A stretch of DNA of 64,000 nt, taken from contig NC_042999.1 in NCBI RefSeq assembly GCF_006345805.1, positions 132,060,001-132,124,000 of the forward strand, in the 5' to 3' direction. Below are positions 51,010 to 62,725 of this stretch, one piece after another. The position numbers were made by a program, and so were the translations under genes. Position 1 is the stretch's first letter, and the number at the start of each line of letters is the position of its first letter. The notes under the pieces were generated by a model that searched no databases, was not told the DNA's origin, and saw only the letters and a program-made list of their open reading frames with translations. This DNA comes from Octopus sinensis. Taxonomy: Eukaryota.

Positions 51010-52511
51010 TACACAACACAACAATGGATATCGAAAACAATGAAAACGCCCACCAAAAGGAAAGCCAAAACAACGTTTTAAAAAGTTTATACATGTTCCC
51101 CTCCCTCCCAAACCACGAAAGGAGAGAGAAGCAAAACACAACAGTAATGAACACTGAAAACCCACCAACCAAAACACAAGGCAACGACAAAATCAACTTC
51201 GTTTCCGTTGCCGGTGTCAACACGGAAAAAATAAAAGTCTATTGACAAAAGAAGGCACTAACATCAAATTAAACCCCCCCCCCCCATCCAGAGGGGTTAA
51301 TACTATCCACCCAAAAGAAAATATTTATTTGAAGACAAAAAAAAATAATTGAATTGGCTTCCAAAGAAGCTATAGAAAAATGCTTCCATCCCATCTGGCA
51401 AAAAATCAAATTCATAGCAAGAGGAAAACGCTACAGTACAGTCGAGGTGAGGTTCGCCTCCGAGGAATAAACAAAAATACACCCAACAACACCCTTAAAT
51501 TCGGCAGAACTGCTGTTACTGCCGCCTTCTCTCGGAAAGCGAACATCGCGAATCAGGATAGGTGAGATCCTACCAGAAATAGATGTAGTGTGGCTGGTGG
51601 CAGCCGTTTTGCTAAACATGGAGAATAGAATCAATATCCTCCAGCTACCAAGCTACACCAACAGAACTGGTGGGGCCAGGGCCTAGAACTTTATATACAG
51701 GCCACTCCAAAAGACCTTGAAGACAGACCAGACCAGGTAATTTTACCCGACGAAACCGCACTAAGAGTAATGGTGGCGGGGAGAAAACTTTGATGTTATA
51801 AATGGGCAAAAGGGTCATATAAGATCCGATTGCCCACAAGACCAACAACAAACGGTGCTCCCTCCACCCAACACCCTCACAGAAATCGAGACCCCAGATG
51901 AAGACAAAGACGCCAGCCAACACAACGCCGAAAAAATCCACAACCGAAACCCCAAGAGAGGAAATGAAAGAGACGCACAAGAGAGTGAAGCCAACCATAA
52001 TGAATGGACAGTAACAAAAAAAAAAAGACGCAGAAGTAAAAATACAGCCCCCACATACATTAACATCATGACACCTTTACACCCACTATACACTAACCCC
52101 AAACACCCAACCCAGTACCTGCAAACAGTCATTAATATCATAGCAATTAACACAAACAACACCACTTTAGTCGAACTCGCACGCAGCAACCCACACCCCT
52201 ATCAAACCCGAACATACCCGACAACATTTCATTCATTAATATAGATATCTCATACGTAGACCTAAAAACAACTACCCAAACAACATTGGATCCCTACAAA
52301 AATCTTTTACTAGACATCTATATTCTAAACTCAAGAGGAGTACCTCACAAGCTCAACAGAAGAGGAGGGTTTACCACGACCCCTCCTCAACGAATAAATA
52401 TCGTAAGTAAATTAATTCATTGTTTTCGCACGAGCTCGGCAGCATAAATGTACGTTGCCTGGGATCAAACCGGAAGCAAAGTCGCTTCCTAAATGATCTC
52501 AAGTCACAGAA
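51010..52511 (+). mobile_element. L1/Tx1-like LINE 5' portion: degraded ORF1 and start of the ORF2 endonuclease
   Basis: A/C-rich fragmented ORF1 with a frameshifted zinc knuckle VMVAGRKL*CYK-GQKGHIRSDCP (51794-51833) and a basic WTVTKKKRRR segment. FSHELGSINVRCLGSNRKQSRFLNDLK follows and resembles the APE N-terminal motif (SxNVxGL). Confidence 0.7.
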
Positions 52512-52850
52512 CTATGCCACACAAGCAGGACAACCCAATAATTTCTGCTACTACACTACCCCTAACATCTGGCCGCCTAACTACCCAGACTGCAACCCCC
52601 TTGATTATCATGTGTAGGGCGCAGTTGAGTGAGGGACCAAAAGAACTCCTTGTAACACCAAGATGAACCGAAGGCAAGGATTATGGCAGCATTCACCCAC
52701 TTAAGCAAGGAGACTGCCCAGAAGAGTTGCAAGCGATTCGAAGTAATCTAGAGGCCGTGGTTGACGATATGTTTATGTAATTTGGTAAATATATCTGTTA
52801 AAATGAGATATTAATGTTATTTTCATTTTTGCGTAATTTAGAAGCGAACT
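52512..52850 (+). mobile_element. Tc1/maT transposase C-terminal fragment
   Basis: TPNIWPPNYPDCNPLDYHV*GAVE matches the WPPxSPDxNPLDY motif of DD37D/maT-type transposases. Confidence 0.8.
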
Positions 52851-53754
52851 ATCTTCAATTCAAGTTTTGATTGGGTAATCACTCATAGCCCATTATTTCA
52901 AAACAGTCTGTTGTTTAAATGTTTATTACTCATGTATATTGAGAAAAAGGTGAATTTTCTCTTGTGCAAGCATCTCAAAGCTTGTTCCTGTCTAGAATTT
53001 ATTATATTACCCTTAGATGTAAAAATTTGGTAAAATTCCTCTAAACTATAGTCACATTTATTAATTCCAGGTCTGTATGGTTTTGCAGTGCTAATTAATT
53101 CTCAATTGATAGTATAGTCTTTATCTTTGATAAACCAGATTAATTTACTTCGACTTGTTTGGGATCTTTTATTTTTATCACTGAATGTATATATATTACC
53201 ACTGGATATAATTATAGATTTCACTGGTCTGTTCCGTTGATAAAAAATCGTTCCAAATACACCATGACGTTTGAACCCTTTTGAACTTTTTTGAACTTTC
53301 TGTTTTTTCATATTCCTTACGTTGCTCCTTTGCCTCTCTTTCTCTCTTTTTCCTTTCCTTTTCATCTCTTCTTTTCTTCTTTTCTTTTTCTCTCTTTTTC
53401 TTTTCCTCACACCTTTTGAATTTTCTTCTCACGCCTTTTGAATTTTTTGAACTTTTGCACTCCGTATGTCATTACGTTGTCTTTCTGTCTCCTTTTCTTC
53501 TCTTTTTTCAAGCATGCCCGATTACAAATTTTTCCTCCTCCACCTTCACCACCGCCTAAAGAAGCACCTTCCCACACTTCCTTTCCGCTGCTTTTAACCT
53601 TCTATTAATCTTTCCCTACTAATTAAAAAAAAAAAAAACACTGTTCTCTAGCCACGTTTCGTTTCTCAGTCACTGCTTTCACTACCACCTCGTCCCCAAA
53701 GATTTCTGCCTCTATTTGAATCCACAATTTTCTAAAATTCTCTCTCTGTTTACT

Positions 53755-53895
53755 TCATCGTGTTCCTTTCTGTTGAAGATCGTAGGTTCGAAACGTAAAA
53801 GACTTTCTCACTCTCCCGAGCGTCAAGCTAATACACATGCTTGTTGTTTATACATCTGTCTTCGTCTTTTGTTTTTCTGTAAATTTCAACTATAC
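53755..53895 (+). mobile_element. Penelope-like remnant, family B
   Basis: cctttctgttgaagatcgtaggttcgaaacgtaaaagactttc...cccgagcgtcaagctaatacac. Reversed relatives at 57480-57600, 59730-59880 and 60215-60312. Confidence 0.55.
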
Positions 53896-53943
53896 ACACA
53901 CACACATACATGCCTGCATATATATTTGCGCGCGCGCGGCGCA

Positions 53944-54040
<97 letters not shown>

Positions 54041-54786
54041 TATATATATATATACGGAGTCGGGTACTTGTCAGTTTGAAGACTGCTGGTCTAAAGAGAA
54101 CACTGTTTTCAAACAAATGCATCAAGTGAATGATTGATACCACCACGTACAACACAGAAGAAAACGTCTGTGCCATAGAGAAGAAATATTGTCTTTGCTT
54201 TCAACATACCAAAAATGATGAAGGCAGTGTATAGCATTTTGGTAGGGCTTATTGCCAATGTCAGTGAGAGCTATTTTTCAGAAGAGTTAATATCAATTAC
54301 TTGAAATTCTATCTGACACCAATTTAATTTCCATCACAGATCGTACGCTTTCGTACGTGCGCGCGCATGTTCATACGTAAGATTATACACACACATGCAA
54401 TAACATATCAGACATGGGCGTGGCCACACTGTTAATTCTAGTCAATCATTTCTAGTAAATAACTACTTCATTTACAATACAACAGGATGTTTTTTCACAG
54501 AGCTTCAGTATGTTAACACATCTTTCTTCTAATACTTTCTAATGCTTTGGAATAAATAGACACTCTAGAATGTCTACTGGATGTCGTATGTCCTTTTGTA
54601 TCCTTTCCATTTTCTTGCCGTATAAATTAAGGGTAAACCACTTTTTACCCCCGCCCATATATGACACACTCAATTGCGAGATTGGCACGCAATAACCAGC
54701 ACTTGCGTATGAATAATTGGGTACACTACCAGCAGCATATTGGATAGGCATTATCCCTTAGTTGGTTATATATATATAACTCTCTC

Positions 54787-54884
<98 letters not shown>

Positions 54885-55769
54885 TATATATGAGTGTAGG
54901 ACAAAAGCCCCACAGATAAAGACCCTTGGACAAAAGCCCCACGGTTATATTTTTCCGCTATTTTGGGGGGTTTTTTTTTCACCTTTTACTTGTTTCAGTC
55001 ATTAGATTGGCCATGCTGAGGCACCGTCTTGAATAATTTTTAGTTGAACGTATCGACGCGAGAATTAAAAAAATATTTTTACTTGTTGCTGCAGTTATCA
55101 GACTGCGGCCATGCTGGGGCACCGCCTAGAAGAATTTTTAGTCGCAGAAAAATCAGCATTTTAATGTTTAAAATTAAAGTCTTTTGTTTTCTTCTCTCAG
55201 CACTTACAAATTAATGAGAATGAGCTGACCTTTTGAACTTTCTCCGGCCGTTCAAGTCCTAACAGGATTCTAGCGCCGAAGGCTACTCATTCAAACGTAC
55301 TTCTTATCGTTTTTATGTTTTTATGCATTTCTTGAAGTAAATGCCTTTCCTCTTGTTAGAATTCAGACAATATGTACATTGAATAGTAAAGAATCTTGTT
55401 TTCTTTTATTCTATTCTGCTTATTTATTGTCGATTGAATATATTTTGTTTACTTAAAAATTGGAAGTTTGGAAAATGAAAGTTTTTTTCTACAACCGCAA
55501 TTTCCGTTTTTGTTTACGTGAAATTATAATTTTTTTGTTTTTTTTTTAAGATTTGGCTTTTATTTGTAGCATGGGGGAAATACCTTGTAGGCTTAACTTC
55601 ATGTGCTGGTTGAAAATCACCTAACAATAGATTCTAGGGTCGATACATTCGACTAAATAAATAAAAATAGTTTTAGAAAATAAAAAAGCAGATTTGAAGA
55701 ATAACCGAAAAATATAACTGTGGGGCTCTTCCGAGGAGCCTTTGTCTCGATCCCATATATATATATATA

Positions 55770-56359
55770 CTCTTTTAACTCTCTCTCTCTCTCTCTCTCT
55801 TTTTTTTTTTTTTTACTTGTTTCAGTCATTTGACTGCGGCCATGCTGGAGCACTGCCTTTAATCGAGCAACTTGACTCCGGGACTTATTCTTTTGTAAGC
55901 CCAGTACTTGTTCTATCGGTCTCTTTTGCCGAACCGCTAAGTAACAGGGGCATAAATACACCAGCATCGGTTGTCAAGCAATGCTAGGGGGACGAACACA
56001 GACACACAAACACACACACGTATATATACGTATATATATATATATTGTTGTTATTATTATTATTATTATCATTATTGTTTTTTCGTATTTTTGTATTTTT
56101 ATTCGTGTAACATCGTCTGTTTTCCGTCCTTGTTTTGTATACATTCGAGGCTTTCTTCCAAGGAATCTAATGCGTTTGGCTTAGATTTTCCTTTGGGGCT
56201 GGCCAGGTCGGAGCAATCTCAAGATTAATCAGCCGAAATTGCGAAGATGATCCGGTTCTTGACTGAAGATTGAAGGCTTCGAATGTTCCGTCCGTGTTTT
56301 TTGTATCGTCTTCTAAATGTTTCACGTTTTTGTCCCAGTTTGTATTTTTTTACATTTAC

Positions 56360-56437
<78 letters not shown>

Positions 56438-56590
56438 TATGACGGGCTTCTTTCAGTTTCCGTCTACCAAATCTACTCACAAGGCTTTGGTCGGCCCGAG
56501 GCTATTGTAGAAGACACTTGCCCAAGGTGCCACGCAGTGGGACTGAACCCGGAACCATGTGGTTGGTAAACAAGCTACTTACCAGACAGT
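55770..56590 (-). mobile_element. SINE family 1 interrupted in its internal microsatellite by another repeat
   Basis: Tail half at 55770-56020, head half at 56440-56590, insert at about 56045-56430. Confidence 0.8.
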
Positions 56591-56593
56591 CAC

Positions 56594-56698
<105 letters not shown>

Positions 56699-56699
56699 G

Positions 56700-57015
56700 A
56701 TAATGGCTGTCCACTCGTGACCGAAGAAGCCCATCACTGACCATTTCCTTTACAAAATGTCAGCAATACCTGTGTATTAAGGTTATTGCACCAAGGTCGT
56801 CTTCACTCGGGTTCGTGTCCGCGGTTTCCACAGTTACCGTAGTGACCTCCTACTCGACCGGGCATCTGAAAGTCGCCCCACTAGCGATCATGCAACTTGA
56901 AATTCTCTGCGCAATAGGGTTTGCCCAACACCTCACAGATCCTCGCCGCCTTATTGACATGATCCAGAGACAAGCCAGTGCATGATATCCAATTCCAATA
57001 TAGGTCGCATGCTCA
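56700..57015 (-). repeat. Unclassified GC-rich interspersed element
   Basis: A ~315-bp CpG-rich block bounded by microsatellites. The minus-strand end cttcttcggtcacgagtggacagccattat is reminiscent of a retroposon 3' end. Confidence 0.35.
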
Positions 57016-57053
57016 TACATACATACATACATACTTACATACATACATACATT

Positions 57054-57268
57054 CGAAGGTTGCTGAGAAGTTCCTGGTTTTGGGTAAAAGAAAACACAGG
57101 AAGGTCAGTTGATTATGATTTTATTCAACACATTCCCCTCTCAGATTCACACACTTATTGCAGCGGTTCTTCAGTATTTTTAAGCCTCGTAAAAGAACTT
57201 GGAAAGTTGAGCCTCCAACCACGCCTTTGCGACACCCTTAATGCCAGGAACTTTCCAGTACTCCCTCG
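57054..57268. mobile_element. mariner-type MITE
   Basis: Imperfect TIRs cgaaggttgctgagaagttcctgg / ccaggaactttccagtactccctcg followed by TA. Confidence 0.7.
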
Positions 57269-57379
57269 TATATAATACGTACGCGCGCAAGTAAAACTGC
57301 AGAGCAAAACAAGGTGAAAAAATAGCGCTCGAGTACCAGAGGCAGAGTTATATACTATTTTATTAAAGCTGAGAATTCT

Positions 57380-57430
57380 TCACAAACTGTTACTCCGAGT
57401 TTCACGTGACCGTTCTTCAGACAATTGTGA
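57380..57430 (-). ncRNA. Minimal type I hammerhead ribozyme motif
   Basis: Minus strand reads ucacaauugu-CUGAAGA-acg(guca)cgu-GAAA-cuc(g)gag-UA^-acaguuuguga. Core intact, stems I, II and III pair, GUA cleavage triplet. Confidence 0.75.
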
Positions 57431-57554
57431 TCACAACTGTCGGATGAACAGTCACGTGAAGCTAAAAACAAAAAAAAAATAAAGGACTGAGACAAGTGGG
57501 GGAATAACAAACAAGGTGTATTAGTTTGACGCTCAGGAAAAATGGAAAAAGTCT

Positions 57555-57857
57555 TTGACATTTCGAGCCTATGCTCTTCTACAGAAAGGAATGAGTAGAA
57601 AAACAGCTGGAGAGAGAAAAAAAAACATGTCTGAGTTAACGTTTGCATACATTGAGTTGACCGGAAGAAAGGAATTGGTCGGAAACGAGGGTGGCAAGGA
57701 GGACAACAGCAACCTTGCCACCCTCATTTCCGACCAATTCCTTTCTTCCGGTCAACTCAATGTATGCAAACGTTAATTCAGACATGTTTTTTTTTTCTCT
57801 CTCCAGCTGTTTTCTCCTCATTCCTTTCTGTAGAAGAGCATAGGCTCGAAATGTCAA
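57555..57857. repeat. 303-bp near-perfect palindrome (145-bp arms, 13-nt loop)
   Basis: Arms 57555-57699 and 57713-57857 are reverse complements with about 5 differences. The mirrored ORFs 57555+ and 57857- reflect this. Confidence 0.97.
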
Positions 57858-58401
57858 GTGTGCTTACGTAAGTATGTGTGTGTACATGAGGATAATGTGT
57901 GCTTGTGCATGCGCATGTGAACAAGCATATGTGTGACTATGAAGATTATGTGAATGTGTGTATGTGCATGTGTTGGAGCGTACATGTGTGTATGTATGTG
58001 AGTAAACAAGTATATGCGCGTGTATGGAGTGATGTGTTTGTGTGAGCTCTGTGTATTTATGCGTGCGCGTGTGTCGACGTATGTATATATGTAGAAGTGT
58101 GAGCCAGTCTCTTACGTATGTCTTTAGGAGGCTATCAGATGTATGTGCAAATGCATATGTGTAGCAGCCACTGTGCGTGCGTATATTTTGTGCAAGTATC
58201 GTGTGTGCGTGTATGTTCTTGTGTTGCTTTTAGGTGGATGTGTGTAAAAGGTAGTCGAGCATAAGTGTGTGTATGCGTGTGTGCATATGACATTGTTTGC
58301 GTGTGTATTATATGTGTATGCGCGAATATTGTCTGTGTTTGTGTCAGTATGTATGTGAGCGAATGTACGTGTCCCTGTTATCAGCTGGTATATGTATATG
58401 G

Positions 58402-58602
58402 CAGTGCTTTTCAAACTTTTTGCTGGAGCGGAACCCCAAGGAAGCATTCCACTGGCTCGAGGAACCCCTGTGCAATAATTTAATAGTCTTATGCACTCAT
58501 ATCTGCACTGGAGAATTAAAAATTACTGCCGATTTTAGCAGTTTTGTAACTTCTTGCGGAACCCCTGGACTGTACTGGCGGAACCCTGGTTTAAAACCAC
58601 TG
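58402..58602. mobile_element. hAT-type MITE (201 bp)
   Basis: TIRs cagtgcttttcaaac / gtttaaaaccactg. Perfect 8-bp TSD gtatatgg on both sides. Internal gcggaaccc repeats. Confidence 0.9.
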
Positions 58603-59545
58603 GTATATGGGGTTGTTGATAAATTGTGTGTGCGTGTGTATTTTGTGTTTGTGCATATGTGTGTGAGAGCACTTTTATGTATGTATGAAGCTATCTGATG
58701 TGTCAGGGGGCGAATGGATTCTATCTATGTAGCAGCTCGTCGAATGGATTCTATCTATAGCAAAAAAAAAAAATATACACCATGGCCACACTCTTTGTTA
58801 CACTGTTCCGACCGAAAAATTACGTTAACGTTACAAGTGTTTGTCAACTACTCGGCTGCTTAGATGTCTTGCAAACAACTTGCACATGCAAGTGCTACCA
58901 GTTAAAAGCTCCGTATACCGGAAGCTAGCAAGTGTATGGGGTCATCAGGAGAGAATGCGCGCCGTTTCGGGGCCTACCTCTCGACGGCATCAATGCGCAC
59001 CGGCCCCCCTCACTGATATGAGGCCCCGCTTGCTAGATCAGCTGGTTATGAAGAACTCAATATACTTCTAGCCATCGCTCATCGTCTCTTTTTAACCAAA
59101 TCCAGTGGCTAGCCTTCTCCACTGTAGATTGGATATCAGTCATGGTGGTATTGACTTTACGATGAGTTAGGCCTAGCGATAACAACAGTCGTCTCACGCT
59201 GTGTCCAACAAACCCTCTACATCCGACTTCGATAGGAAAATGTTTGTGAACTACTCGGCTGCTTATAAGTTAAGTGTCGTTCATTTAAAAACTCATTATC
59301 GAAGCCGAGAGACGTAGATCCATTTAGTTTATGTGTGTGTAATGGGTTCAAAGTTTGGCTCAAGTCTAGCAATTTTAGAGGCTAAAGTAAGTCGATAGGA
59401 TGAACCCAGTGCTTAACAACAGGCACTTATATTGCAGAGTTGCGCTGATTGATCTTTATGGTCGTTGTGGTCTTTGGTGTAAGATTATAATAGATTAGGT
59501 TGGCTCGCAAGTATTTTATAGTATATTTATTTAAGGAAAGGCTGA

Positions 59546-59625
<80 letters not shown>

Positions 59626-59652
59626 TCATATATATTATATATATATATATAC

Positions 59653-59683
<31 letters not shown>

Positions 59684-59901
59684 CACACCACACACACACA
59701 CATATATATAAGGAGAATCCACGAAAAAAAAACAAAAGACTAAGACAGGTGGTGTAGAAAGCAAACAGATGTATTAGTATAACGCTCGGGAATTGAAAAA
59801 GTATTTTACGTTTCGAGCCTATGCTCTTCCACAGAAAGGAACACAGAAAAAACAAGGAGAGAAAAAAATGTGTGTAGTGGCTACCACACACACACACACA
59901 T

Positions 59902-59956
<55 letters not shown>

Positions 59957-62287
59957 TTCAGTTGTTGAATCAGGTACTGAAGTTGAAGCACCAAGTCAGT
60001 CCGGTATTATCCGCACTGCTCGAAGGTGAATAAAATCAAAATAAGCAATAGTCGTACTGCATCTCTACTTGACATCCTGATGCTTATTTTGATTATATAT
60101 ATAGGAAGGAAAATGTATACAATATTATGAGAATCTACCGGTTTCTCATTTCGCTAATCATAACATTGAAATTGGTGAAAATATTGCAATTGCATATTTT
60201 CTTAAGAAGTATATCTAGTTCAAATTTACAGAAAACAAAAGACAAAGATAGGTGAGAGAACAACAAGCAGGTGTATTCGGGAAGAATGGAAAAGTCTTTG
60301 ACGTTTCGAGAAAGAAATGAGAGGGGAAAAAAATGGATAGAAACGAAAAAGCGGACAGGTCCGGTACGCACATTAGTGGCAGGTTGAAAAAAGGAGAATA
60401 AGTTGTCCCTTCCGTCTGTAGACTGGGGTAGCACTTTGGGCAAATGCTAGCAACCCCTTTGCTAGGGAGACGGTGTGGGCGTTAACTAGCAAGTAAGCTG
60501 CTATTGCGGGGCAGCCTCATCGTCGATTATGCTCGGTGCATTCTTGTACACCACTTGCAGTCTGGTGGTGGTGGTGGTGGTAGGGGACGGTGCCAACTGC
60601 CTTACCGTCCAAGACAAATTGTTCTTGAACAGAACAGTCAACGTCGACCTAAGAAGGACAGCCGACGAGTGTGTGTGTGTAAGGATTTTTAGATACTGGT
60701 AAAGTGACGTAGGATATAGGGATCAACTTTAATAGTGCCTAAATGTTACAAGCATTAATGGCTTACTGCAAAGTCAGGAACGAGTTGGCCTTAAATGGAA
60801 ATCGAGACGTGGATTTATAGATTGAATCCTGTCACTCGGATGATACTTCAAAGTTGTTTATATGGGGTAACTTTGCATTAAGGAGTGGAACATACAATTT
60901 CTTGCAATCCAGGCCGCCGCATGGTCCTAGCAGACAAAATGGAAAAGGCGTTGCCCCGAAGGATGGCGAGGGCAATGCACTGGAACAGCTACTGTGACTT
61001 ATGGGGGTTCGAGTTTATACGATATCTTCTTACATTTTTGGCTTGTTTGTGATGAGAAGTGAAATAACGTATTTTTAACTGTGTTTACTCAGCCATTAGT
61101 TATCTTGGAGCAAAAGACAGAGTTGTGAGCCCGCCGAATCTTGAGGAAGCTCTGCCTCAGTTTGCTGGTCTGTAACGGGAAGTGGGTTATGTACTCCCTG
61201 GTTGCTCTCAACTGCTGCTCTTATATCTTCGCGGGGGATGCTTATCACAAGAGAAAAGTGCGAAAATTTCAAGAACATTTGGAGATGATGTTCAGACTTT
61301 GTGGCGGGATCTCCCGCAAGTTGATTGGTAGATAAACAGAACATGCACGTGATAATTACATGTTTCAATTGGGATTCACTCATAGCAGTAATCTGATAAC
61401 TTTTGTGAATGGGTTTCCGAATACACTTGTTTTGGTTAACATGTAGTTTCTCGACGTAAAAAGTGAAAGTAAATTGTTAAAAAGATTGAAGTAAATCGTG
61501 ATAGAAACCAGAAGCAGCCACAATCTTTTACCAACCACATGCACATCAGTTGAATTATAATTGCTAGAGTCAAATGGCTCTTCTCAAAAAAGGAACTGGC
61601 TCGTATAGTCCAAGTGAATTCACAGGAACACTACCACAGCTTTCAGTCGGTTTTTTCTCTACAGAAATCGTGCAGGATTATTGCATTGTTCACATGTAGC
61701 TATGTTGGTTATCATGCGTCGATATGCAAACCACCAAATTGCCTTTTCAGTGGTGCTTGAAAAGCGAAGTTGACCTCAGCTGAATTTGAACTCAGAATGT
61801 AAAGAACCCGAAGAAAGCATATTGTCCTCTGTGCTAAAGACTCTGTCAACTCGCCGCCTTTGTATATTAAATAGAAGTGAGGCAGCTGCTATGAAATACT
61901 TAACAGGAATCTAGTGAGAGAAATGTACTTAAGAGCCTTTTGGTGAAAAAGGATAGTCAATAAAGTAGATTGACTAACGATGGATATGGATATGTTGCTC
62001 ATGAAATATAAACAATAGTCCCTGTGATTGATCTAAGCCTTACTCTCTCTCTCTCCTCTCTCACTCACTCCCTCCTTCCCATATCACATCAACACATCCG
62101 CCTCTTGTTTACATTTTAAAAAAAATAGTTTGATCATCTGCATATTTGTTTCTTACAAAGAGGTATGTGGTTCACTTATCACTTAACTTCTTTGCAATGA
62201 ATTTAGATGGAGAGTAGTATAGAAAGTATCTACTTGACCATGTCATATTTGGCCTTTGATATCAGGCATTTAATATATATTTAATAT

Positions 62288-62725
62288 AAAGACAGCAAAC
62301 CGGCAGACTCATTAGTATGCCAGGATAAATTCGTAGCGGCATTTCGTCCGTCTTCACGTTCTGAGTTCAAATTCCGCTAAGGTCGACTTCGCACTGCATC
62401 CTTTCGGGGTCTACAAAATATGTACCAGTTGAGTACTTTGGTCGATCTAATCGACCGACCCGCCTCCGAAACTGCTGGCCTTGCGCCAAAATTTGAAACC
62501 AATATATATTTAATGTAAAGGCGGTGAGCTGGCAGAATCGTTAGCTCCCCGAACAAATGCTTAGCGGGATTTCGTCCGTCTTTCTGCTGAGGTCGACTTT
62601 GTGCTTCATCCTTTCGGGGTTGACAAAATATCTACCAGTTGAGTACTGTAGTCGATCTAATTGTCCTATCCTTATCCCCACCACACACACACGAAATTGC
62701 CAGAACTTGAAGCCAATATATATTT
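62288..62725 (+). mobile_element. Two tandem SINE family 2 copies
   Basis: ggcaga...ttagc...ttctgagttcaaattccgc...gtcgactt...catcctttcggggt...taccagttgagtac occurs twice. A reversed fragment lies at 61760-61860. Confidence 0.85.

Noticed and set aside
57555-57776. Duplicated protein-coding ORFs on opposite strands (MTFRAYALLQKG...)
   Set aside because: A by-product of the palindrome, with a TTG start and no coding evidence.
58942-58975. Type II hammerhead on the minus strand (GAAAC ... CUGAUGA)
   Set aside because: The would-be stem II strands are both cccc and cannot pair, and there is no proper UH cleavage site.
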